Below are positions 57,009-64,000 of a stretch of 64,000 bases of DNA, in pieces; position 1 is the stretch's first letter, and every line of letters starts with the position of its first letter. The stretch lies in the IMG/VR virus record IMGVR_UViG_3300032007_000002, one strand, 5' to 3'. The notes beneath the pieces were generated by a model. It was not told the origin of the DNA. It worked only from the letters and a program-made list of their open reading frames with translations, and searched no databases. A program made the position numbers and the translations under genes. Source of the DNA: a virus (taxonomy: Duplodnaviria > Heunggongvirae > Uroviricota > Caudoviricetes).

Positions 57009-57155
57009 GGGGTATCTCCTTTTTACATCCGCCCTATGTGACCGGGGAGGGCGCCCGGATCCCCTTCCCCGTGATTCCGTCACGGATCACGAAAAAACTG
57101 TCACGAAAAGCGTACACTTTCCGTGACAGAGAAGGAGATACGAAAATCAAAAAAT

Positions 57156-57740
57156 TTAATATTCCTGGACAAGTTCGCACTTCATGGCGAAACGGAGCGG
57201 GACATTTGCCGGGACGGGGAGCTTTCCGTCCGGGGCGACGATGCAGTTGTAGCCGTCCGTTGCGGTTTCCTTCGCTACATCGGAAATGAAGACCACGTAT
57301 TCGCCATCGCGGCGGTTGTAGCACCGGGTCCCGCGCTTGATTTTCTGCTTGTCGAGGTCAGCGTCGTATTCCGCGCCGAACTTGGAGACGAGGAGGTTTT
57401 CTTCTTCCTTGAAGAGGAAGTCGAAGAGGGTCTCGTCCTCGGACGGGGTGTTCTCGGTGTGCTGCTTGACGAGCTGGTCGATGTTGGCGTACTTTTCGAG
57501 TTCCGCCTTGACGAGCTGTGCCAGGAGTTCCATCGCGGAGTCGGAGAGAATACTCGTGCACATGGACACGTCGGCATATTCGAAATCGGCGCGTTCCACG
57601 TCAAGCGTCACGCCCTTGATCGTGAACGGGAACTTTTTGTGACAGTGTGCTTCTTCCTGCTTGGTGTGCGGGATGTTCGGCGCGGCGCCGATGACCTGCT
57701 GAAGTTCGTTGAACGGGATGCAATATTCTTTCTTTGCCAT
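57156..57740 (-). CDS. hypothetical protein
   Basis: element plus RBS. Confidence 0.75.
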   Translation of the reverse strand: MAKKEYCIPFNELQQVIGAAPNIPHTKQEEAHCHKKFPFTIKGVTLDVERADFEYADVSMCTSILSDSAMELLAQLVKAELEKYANIDQLVKQHTENTPSEDETLFDFLFKEEENLLVSKFGAEYDADLDKQKIKRGTRCYNRRDGEYVVFISDVAKETATDGYNCIVAPDGKLPVPANVPLRFAMKCELVQEY

Positions 57741-57832
57741 TGGGATGTCTCCTTTCGATATGCCTCTTATGTTACCCCCGGAGGGGAGGGGCGGGAGGCG
57801 CCCCGTGATTCCGTCAGCCCTGGGGTCCGCCC

Positions 57833-58105
57833 CTAGATAAAGCGTTCGTATGCCCTGGTGAACACGTCGTAGAACGCGGCGGGGACGGAGTCCGAGGCTA
57901 CGTTCACGGTGATGAGGTCATCGTTGGCGAATTCGTGCTCGGTGCCCTTGTTGTGGACGATGCCGACCTTGATTTCGCCCTTGGCGTAGTCCACCTTCGA
58001 GACGAAGGCGTTGGGTTCGACGACCTGGATGGCCTTTTCGAGGGTGTCGAGCTGTTCCTTGCTGAACTCGGTGAACGCTTTCTTTTCTGCTTCGATAATC
58101 TGCAT
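57833..58105 (-). CDS. hypothetical protein
   Basis: flanked by elements. Confidence 0.75.
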   Translation of the reverse strand: MQIIEAEKKAFTEFSKEQLDTLEKAIQVVEPNAFVSKVDYAKGEIKVGIVHNKGTEHEFANDDLITVNVASDSVPAAFYDVFTRAYERFI

Positions 58106-58191
58106 TGGGTGTCTCCTTTTCTTGATGTGCCCTCTATGTTATCGCCGGGATCGGGGGATTTGTAAACCCCCGTGATTCCGTAGGCGCCACC

Positions 58192-59007
58192 TTATTTGTG
58201 GATGTGCTCCTGGATGACCACGTTCACGTTGTGGTTCGTCACGGAGAAGTGAAAGCCGGTATCGCAACAATCGTCCACGGTGATGAGGGGCTGTTCGTTT
58301 TCGAGGTGGTTTTCCTTGATGATGTCGTTCACGATTTCAACGACCGCCGGGTAGGCTTCCTGGGGGGTGTCGTAGGAGGCGTTGGAAAGGATGGGGTCGG
58401 TATCGTCGAACACTCTGTCATGAAAACCGCAAATTGTAAAATATTTTACGGGTTCCGGGTCCACGACCGCGCCATAGCGTTTTGCAAACTTTTTCACCAC
58501 ATCGTACACCTTGGCGAAGCAGTTGGCCGTATCGGAGGAGTCTTCGAGCGTTTCGGTATAGTGGCGGAGTTCCTTGATGCCATCGTCGGTAATCTTGTTC
58601 ACCTGCTCGAGGAGCTTCTTGACGGCTTCCGTCGGTTCCGGCTTTTTCCTGGGCTTGGATTCCTGGATGCGGTAGTCGGTCTGGTCAGACATGTAGCCGG
58701 ACCACTCGTCGTTGTAGTAGCCCATGCTCGTAATCTTCTCGATGCCGTGTTCCTTCTTGAAGGCTTCCATGCCTTCCTTGCGCAGTTCGGCGACGGCCTC
58801 GTCGTTGCCGACAATATCATAGTAGTCATCGTTCACGAACAGACGCTGTTCGTAGCCGGCGGAAATCTCGCCGAGAACCTTGTCCCACAGTTCCTGTTCC
58901 GGGTTATCGCCCTTCACCATGATTTTGCCGCACTTGGTTTCCTTGCCGGACTCTTCGTCCTGGCCACCGCGGATGCAGTATTCCTGGATGTAAACATTCT
59001 TTTTCAT
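58192..59007 (-). CDS. hypothetical protein
   Basis: flanked by elements. Confidence 0.75.
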   Translation of the reverse strand: MKKNVYIQEYCIRGGQDEESGKETKCGKIMVKGDNPEQELWDKVLGEISAGYEQRLFVNDDYYDIVGNDEAVAELRKEGMEAFKKEHGIEKITSMGYYNDEWSGYMSDQTDYRIQESKPRKKPEPTEAVKKLLEQVNKITDDGIKELRHYTETLEDSSDTANCFAKVYDVVKKFAKRYGAVVDPEPVKYFTICGFHDRVFDDTDPILSNASYDTPQEAYPAVVEIVNDIIKENHLENEQPLITVDDCCDTGFHFSVTNHNVNVVIQEHIHK

Positions 59008-59092
59008 TTCGTGTCTCCTTTCGATATGCCCTCTATGTTACGGGGAGGGCGCCTCCAGGGAGGCTACCCGTGATTCCGTTGGGGCTTTAACA

Positions 59093-59563
59093 TCAAATGT
59101 TTTTCTTACCTGCGAGTTCGGTAATCGTTTTGATGTAATGTTGCATATCCATCGTTGATTTGAACAAGGAAACGTAATAACGGATTATTTGCATCAGTTT
59201 GCGTGTGCTTTCCCCGTCCTTGGTATAATTGGCGATGTTAAGGACATGCCCGCAGACTACTTTACTTCCTTGCATGACCCCGATGGAGAGGGAACCTTGG
59301 TAATACTCCATTGCAAAGAAAGACACCTTATTGTAGTCTGTGAGGAGGAACTCTGTCGCACACGGCATGTGTTCAATAGGCTTGATTTCCAACTGCACGA
59401 AGTAATGGTCGCGAACGACGGCCCCACACGCGTCCTTGAGTTCCGCGGTGATGTTATTGTTCCCGAACAGGATCTTATCGGAGGATTTGCGGAACTCGGC
59501 GATTTTAGGTTTGAACTCGGTTTCAAACTTGATGTCCCATTCAGATTTTGTCATCTTTTTCAT
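59093..59563 (-). CDS. hypothetical protein (visibly lower GC)
   Basis: flanked by near-identical elements. Confidence 0.75.
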   Translation of the reverse strand: MKKMTKSEWDIKFETEFKPKIAEFRKSSDKILFGNNNITAELKDACGAVVRDHYFVQLEIKPIEHMPCATEFLLTDYNKVSFFAMEYYQGSLSIGVMQGSKVVCGHVLNIANYTKDGESTRKLMQIIRYYVSLFKSTMDMQHYIKTITELAGKKNI

Positions 59564-59639
59564 TTCGTGTCTCCTTTTCGATATTCCCCCTATGTTACGG
59601 GGAGGGCGCCTCCGGGGAGGCTACCCGTGATTCCGGGTG

Positions 59640-60344
59640 TTACGGGTTTATTCCGCGGTCATCGAGCTTCTTGACCTTGATGTTGAGCAGTCGGGTTCTT
59701 TCTTTGCCCGTCCATCCGCTTTCGCCGAAAATCTTGTTTCCGAGGGAGATTTCGAGCGGGTTGCCGTCTTTGTCCTTGGCGGTTTCCCACTTGTTGTATT
59801 CGGGAAGCGTTTCGGGTTCCGGGTATTCGCCCTTGAACGGGTCGATGGCAATTTTCAACTTTTTGCCGTCGGTGACAAGGGCGAAGAACTTCGTGACATT
59901 CTCGGACACATAGTATGTGGTCCACGTTTCCACATATACCGGGATGCGTTTGCTGTCATTAAACACTTCACTGTGGTTGCGCTTGGCGAGTTCGCGGTTC
60001 ACGCTGAATGTGCAGAGCAGGTTGTTGACTTCCCACGGGCGGAAAAAGTCCGGGATGCGTTTGCTGTCATGATAGTTTCGCTGGTACATGTCCTCGTGGT
60101 GGTAACGGAAGATTGCGCCGAGAACATCGCGTTCGGACAGGTAGCGGTCGTTGCACTCGCAGTCGCGGACCCAGTAATGAGGGAGACCGCACGGGGCTAC
60201 ATTCGCGAGGAGGAACACGCCCTCGCCGAGGTCGATTTCTTCGGTCTTGTCGTTGTATGCTTCCACCGTCGGGTTCTTGTAGCCGAGGGCCTTGAGCAGG
60301 CTGATGTCGCGCTGTGTGAAGAACTTGCTTTCCTTGATGTCCAT
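59640..60344 (-). CDS. hypothetical protein
   Basis: flanked by elements; internal DSKRIP duplication. Confidence 0.75.
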   Translation of the reverse strand: MDIKESKFFTQRDISLLKALGYKNPTVEAYNDKTEEIDLGEGVFLLANVAPCGLPHYWVRDCECNDRYLSERDVLGAIFRYHHEDMYQRNYHDSKRIPDFFRPWEVNNLLCTFSVNRELAKRNHSEVFNDSKRIPVYVETWTTYYVSENVTKFFALVTDGKKLKIAIDPFKGEYPEPETLPEYNKWETAKDKDGNPLEISLGNKIFGESGWTGKERTRLLNIKVKKLDDRGINP

Positions 60345-60420
60345 GTCGTATCTCCTTTCGATATGCCCTCTATGTGAAGAGGGAGGCGCCTTTACACGCC
60401 TCCCCCGTGATTCCGGCGGC

Positions 60421-60480
60421 TTACCCGAACACCAGGACGGCGAACGCGATAAGGGCCAGTATCAGTTGCAGGGTTGCCAT
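60421..60480 (-). CDS. 19-aa hydrophobic micropeptide MATLQLILALIAFAVLVFG
   Basis: AAGGAGG SD 5 nt upstream of the ATG; fills the gap before the next element. Confidence 0.6.
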   Translation of the reverse strand: MATLQLILALIAFAVLVFG

Positions 60481-60497
60481 TTGGCCTCCTTACGGGC

Positions 60498-60992
60498 CTA
60501 CTTGGACCCGTCCCATGCGGCGAGCTTGAGTCTGTAGTTCGAGGCATCGTCGCAGTCGAAGTCCGTCATGTTCCCGGCCTCATCGCGGTAGTGGACATGG
60601 GTTTCCACATAGACAAAGGGGTCCGTGATGGTGGAACCGTCTTCGTCGATGGTGCAGACGGTGGCGTAAAGGCCGCAGTTCTTGTCATCCGGCCCGTACA
60701 GATAGAGGTCGAAGATGTTGAGGTCGAAGTCCAGGCCGTCCGCCTTGAAGCCAACCCAGGTGTCCTCGAAGTCCGGGGTCTCGTTGGCCTTGTATCTGTA
60801 ATCCGCCTCGGTGTCCGTGTTGATTTCCGCCTTGATGCCCGTCTTGCGGTCGGAGAGTTCGAGGCGGTATTCGTCGCGTTTGCCCTTGCGGGTCTTGTAG
60901 ATATGCAGGACCGGGTCCTGGAAGATGCGCTTGAGGTCATCCACATCGCTCGGATGAATTTCGATGTTGTCAACCTTGGTAGTCTTTGCCAT
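60498..60992 (-). CDS. hypothetical acidic protein
   Basis: element plus RBS. Confidence 0.75.
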   Translation of the reverse strand: MAKTTKVDNIEIHPSDVDDLKRIFQDPVLHIYKTRKGKRDEYRLELSDRKTGIKAEINTDTEADYRYKANETPDFEDTWVGFKADGLDFDLNIFDLYLYGPDDKNCGLYATVCTIDEDGSTITDPFVYVETHVHYRDEAGNMTDFDCDDASNYRLKLAAWDGSK

Positions 60993-61063
60993 ATTAGTGT
61001 CTCCTTTTGATATGCCCTCTATGTGAAAAGGGAGGGCGCCTCCTACGCCTCCCCCGTGATTCC

Positions 61064-61543
61064 CTAGCCGATGCGCTTCGGCCATGCGTAGAGGATTTGG
61101 TAGCAGGCGGGCGCCTTCTTCATCTTCCAAAGGTTCGCGTTCACACCGAAAACGATGGGCTTGCCCGTGTTGCCGTCGATAAATGAAATATTTTTCTCGT
61201 CAACCCCGACGGACTCATTCGCGCCGTTCTCGTTAATCCAAAGGATTTCCATGTTGAAATGGTGGTCCTCGACGGTTTGGCAGCTTTCGTCGTTGTCGAA
61301 GTTGATTGCCAACGGGTAGCCGTCGTAGATGAAGTACACCCATGCGTCGAAAAGATCGACACTGCGGTCGGTGAACTGCGCGGAGACGCTGTCCCCGTTC
61401 TTCAACGTGATGGTCGCCACGTAGAACGCCTTGGTGACCTTGTCTCCCGTCTTGGTGTAGAACTTGCGGATGGCGACCTTCGCCCCCTTGAACTTCTCCA
61501 CCACCTTTTCCATGATTTCCGGTGTAATCTTTGTCTTTGCCAT
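61064..61543 (-). CDS. hypothetical protein
   Basis: retains only the RBS half of the leader; stop abuts the next element. Confidence 0.75.
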   Translation of the reverse strand: MAKTKITPEIMEKVVEKFKGAKVAIRKFYTKTGDKVTKAFYVATITLKNGDSVSAQFTDRSVDLFDAWVYFIYDGYPLAINFDNDESCQTVEDHHFNMEILWINENGANESVGVDEKNISFIDGNTGKPIVFGVNANLWKMKKAPACYQILYAWPKRIG

Positions 61544-61569
61544 GTTGGTATCTCCTTTTGATATGCCCT

Positions 61570-61676
61570 TGACGGTTATTGGCGTAAGTGTTATATTTAG
61601 ACTATGCTCGACCTAATTAGTTACTGATTAGTGACAGCGTGAGGTTCAGTTTTGCTCATACGGATGCCTTGTTCAT
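61570..61676 (-). pseudogene. truncated cassette remnant (MNKASV*)
   Basis: full element plus RBS leads to an ATG with a stop after 6 codons, then AT-rich filler and a half leader. Confidence 0.5.
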
Positions 61677-61762
61677 TTGTGTCTCCTTGTTGATATTCCC
61701 CCTATGTGAACGGGGGAGGCGCCTTTTACACCTCCCCCGTGATTCCAGGAGATACAAATTTT

Positions 61763-62131
61763 TTATCTGACGAAGCTCTCGGCACCCTCGAAGAGCGGGA
61801 TGCAGATGCTTTCGTGGTTGTCATCGTCCGGCAAATCGACAAAATCGACGATTTTCAAAGAAATCCTGCCCTTAATGTAGTAGAACATGCTGTCGAAGTT
61901 GTTCGGTTCGTGCGGCCACTTGGGATCGTCGACCTTCTTCATTACATCGTTCACGATGTCGAGGGCCGCCCAGAGCCGTGCGACGGGAACCTTCAGCAGT
62001 TCGAGGTCGGCTTCGGTCTTGGGGTAGTCGTAGATGTAGAACATGGCGGAAAGGGCCTTCGCAAGCGCTTCCGAGAAAGAAGTGAAGTCGTTGTCGCCGA
62101 TGCGGACGACGAGGTAGGGTGCCTTGGACAT
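61763..62131 (-). CDS. hypothetical protein
   Basis: TAATG-coupled to the upstream gene. Confidence 0.7.
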   Translation of the reverse strand: MSKAPYLVVRIGDNDFTSFSEALAKALSAMFYIYDYPKTEADLELLKVPVARLWAALDIVNDVMKKVDDPKWPHEPNNFDSMFYYIKGRISLKIVDFVDLPDDDNHESICIPLFEGAESFVR

Positions 62132-62337
62132 TATTCCACCTCCACGTTGAGGGTGAGGACCATCGTGGGTTCGGTCAGGTTGTCCACGGACTGGATTTCG
62201 AGGTCTTGGTAGTCGCCCGGGAGGTTATCGCGGGTGCCGCGGAAAACTTCCTTGTTGGTCTTGAGGTCGTAGAGCGCAAATTCCTGTGTGTCGGAGTCTG
62301 CGAAGATGTCGAAAAAATCGTAAACAGTTTGGTTCAT
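62131..62337 (-). CDS. small acidic hypothetical protein
   Basis: element plus RBS. Confidence 0.7.
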   Translation of the reverse strand: MNQTVYDFFDIFADSDTQEFALYDLKTNKEVFRGTRDNLPGDYQDLEIQSVDNLTEPTMVLTLNVEVE

Positions 62338-62452
62338 GTTGTGTCTCCTTTTTGATGTTCCCCCTATGTTACGGGGAGGGCGCCTCCGGGGAGGCTACCC
62401 GTGATTCCGTCGGGCTATCTTACCCTTGCCAAGGGTCGCCGGGCTGAAATAC

Positions 62453-62944
62453 TTATGCCGTCTCCGAGAGGAAGAAGCCAGGGACGATCGGTTCGCGGTT
62501 CGCGTCGCGCCTGCCCTTGAGGTAGTAGCGCTTGCGATTGAACAGCACATACTGGTTGCCGTCGTCGGTTTCCAGGTCCCCCTTCGTGAGGCACTCCTTG
62601 AGCTGGATGCTGTCTCCGACGAGGAGCTTGCCGTAGGGGATGGCGTGGCGGTTGCCGAACATGGGCTGCACCCAGTAGATGACCTTCATGACGGCGGGCT
62701 TGATGTCGAACGCCAGGCGCACCGCGTCGTGGTAGTTCACATCCTTGGCCCATTCCTGGCATTGTTGCAGGCAATACTGCCGGTAGGACTTGCGTTCGTC
62801 CTCGTCCTTGCACTTGGCGAGCTGCGAACGGATCCATTCGAGGTAGGCCTTGACCTTCGCCTTGTTGTGGGCGACGGTGTTCTTCCCGTTGGAAGGCTTC
62901 GCATTGGCGAAGGGCTTGGCGCCGATGTGGTGAAGTGTGCTCAT
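62453..62944 (-). CDS. hypothetical protein
   Basis: element plus RBS. Confidence 0.75.
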   Translation of the reverse strand: MSTLHHIGAKPFANAKPSNGKNTVAHNKAKVKAYLEWIRSQLAKCKDEDERKSYRQYCLQQCQEWAKDVNYHDAVRLAFDIKPAVMKVIYWVQPMFGNRHAIPYGKLLVGDSIQLKECLTKGDLETDDGNQYVLFNRKRYYLKGRRDANREPIVPGFFLSETA

Positions 62945-63021
62945 GTCGTGTCTCCTTTCGATATTCCCCCTATGTTACGGGGAGGGAGCCTCCGGGGAGG
63001 CCACCCGTGATTCCGTCGGCC

Positions 63022-63429
63022 CTATCGGATGAGGCCGAGGTGCCCTGCTTGTCCCTTGGAGTTGAAGCGCCATTCGATGCGGTAGCCCTTGCGCCTGACC
63101 TCTTCGAGGGCCGTGTCGATTTCGTTCTCCGTCGGGCTGAACCATTCGTCGATGTTCGGGTAGATTGCGGGGTTCCTGGCATGGGCCTCCCTGCAATAGT
63201 CCATGTTGCTCTTGCAACCGATTCCGCAGGTGTAGGTGGAGCAGAACCCGCGCAGTACGCCGTCCTTGTCCGGCGACGCCCCGCAACAGATATGGTTGAA
63301 GTGGCGGCTGTAGGTTTCCTCCTTCTTGGAGAGGACGAAGGAAGCGACGAGCATCTTCACGTGCTTGTCGAAGGTTGCCTTTTCGGCGGTTTCGTTGAAA
63401 TTGGGTACTTCGGGAACTTCGTATGCCAT
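63022..63429 (-). CDS. hypothetical protein
   Basis: flanked by elements. Confidence 0.75.
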   Translation of the reverse strand: MAYEVPEVPNFNETAEKATFDKHVKMLVASFVLSKKEETYSRHFNHICCGASPDKDGVLRGFCSTYTCGIGCKSNMDYCREAHARNPAIYPNIDEWFSPTENEIDTALEEVRRKGYRIEWRFNSKGQAGHLGLIR

Positions 63430-63504
63430 GTTGTATCTCCTTTTGATATGCCCTCTATGTTACGGGGAGGGCGCCTCCGGGGAGGCTTCCCGTGATTCCG
63501 GCGG

Positions 63505-64000
63505 TTAGGCAATTTTTGCTAATAGCTTGCCCCAAAACCCTAAACGTGGTTTGGTTTCGTTCACCTCGGACTTTGATGGTTGCTGATATATTGCCGGAGC
63601 ATCGGAGCATCGTTGGTCCACGTATTCATTATTAGGCGGGCGCGTTACCATTGATGCAGTATCATTAGGGTTAATATTAGTATTGGGGGTGGCATCAACT
63701 TTTACCGGGGTTATTTTCAATGGTTCAGTAAATGCTACGCCAAAATCTTTCATTTCGTTACGCCGTTTGGCCATACGGGAGGCAGCTTCTGCATCTCGTC
63801 GAGCAATGAAATCAAGTTCGGTTATTGCCGGATAGTTCCAATTACCCCACCCAACATAGTTTTCGAGACCAGTTGCCCAATATTCGGCAGAGCTAATTTT
63901 ATTGCCGTTTGGGTCAAAAAACTCAGTATTGTTGTGCCCAGGACGTTCAATTTTGCCAATTACCCCGGAAAGGTAAAAATGGGTCGATTTAATGAAAATG
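63505..64000 (-). CDS. AT-rich hypothetical protein, 5' end outside the window
   Basis: frame stays open from the window edge (IFIKSTHFYLSGV...) to the stop at 63505, next to the element. Confidence 0.65.
   Translation of the reverse strand, partial: IFIKSTHFYLSGVIGKIERPGHNNTEFFDPNGNKISSAEYWATGLENYVGWGNWNYPAITELDFIARRDAEAASRMAKRRNEMKDFGVAFTEPLKITPVKVDATPNTNINPNDTASMVTRPPNNEYVDQRCSDAPAIYQQPSKSEVNETKPRLGFWGKLLAKIA

Larger units (their letters stand above)
30615..63500 (-). repeat. dispersed, co-oriented bipartite leader element (35 copies): GGAATCACGGG-N25-GT(C/A)ACATA, usually followed by an AAAGGAGA RBS
   Basis: + strand (C)CCGTGATTCC starting at 30646, 30721, 30799, 36494, 37165, 38747, 39478, 40708, 43361, 44228, 45163, 46238, 46645, 47494, 48437, 49785, 50498, 51277, 52839, 53523, 54632, 55129, 55642, 56568, 57068, 57802, 58169, 59067, 59624, 60404, 61053, 61736, 62398, 63004, 63489, each with ATGT(G/T)A (one ATATGA) starting 30-33 bp to its left. 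Confidence 0.95.

Noticed and set aside
59034-59050. dif/XerD-like TATGTTA plus KOPS-like GGGGAGGG in the element, near an FtsK-like gene
   Set aside because: No XerC arm, many copies read TATGTGA, GGGNAGGG is present in only about a third of copies, and the FtsK-like protein lacks a recognisable gamma domain
59941-60070. 19-bp direct repeat GGGATGCGTTTGCTGTCAT as a target-site duplication
   Set aside because: It is in frame and encodes a repeated DSKRIP peptide; no mobile element lies between the copies
31249-63495. Long + strand ORFs in the ORF track (e.g. 35235-36500, 51384-52811, 53941-55086)
   Set aside because: Antisense shadows of GC-rich - strand genes, without RBS; many begin at the ATG/GTG of the element
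36462-63500. Calling the element a classical integron attC site
   Set aside because: No RYYYAAC/GTTRRRY cores, pairing is not conserved in all copies, and no integron integrase is seen in the window; kept only as an analogy
1-64000. Alternative genetic code (stop-codon reassignment)
   Set aside because: Genes tile densely under the standard code and TAA, TAG and TGA all end genes at sensible boundaries

Overview
This 64-kb window looks like part of a large tailed-phage (jumbo-phage-like) genome. It has dense, mostly short hypothetical ORFs, four tRNAs plus one aberrant tRNA-like gene, and accessory enzymes (DnaQ-like exonuclease, Nudix, Thg1, SLT lytic transglycosylase, PD-(D/E)XK nuclease, HD hydrolase, ATP-grasp, NADAR, sigma70-like factor, FtsK-like ATPase, RadC/JAB, free-standing Zn-finger endonuclease). 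I recognised no structural, polymerase or integrase genes. A ~0.9-kb non-coding, repeat-rich region at ~29.9-30.8 kb, where the visible G/C strand bias flips, splits the window in two. Left of it, transcription units are preceded mainly by a TTTGCTATATTT motif. Right of it (30.6-63.5 kb) lies the main discovery: 35 co-oriented copies of a bipartite element (coding strand CGGAATCACGGG-N25-[G/A/T]T[C/A]ACATA, usually followed by ~GAGGGCATATC-AAAGGAGA-N5-9-ATG). It typically sits between one gene's stop codon and the next gene's RBS, giving a cassette-like array of mostly single unknown genes. It could be a phage-specific promoter regulon, a gene-shuffling system, or both. A third motif, TATAAACT, may be a late promoter. 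All product calls come from motif recognition by eye; no searches were run.
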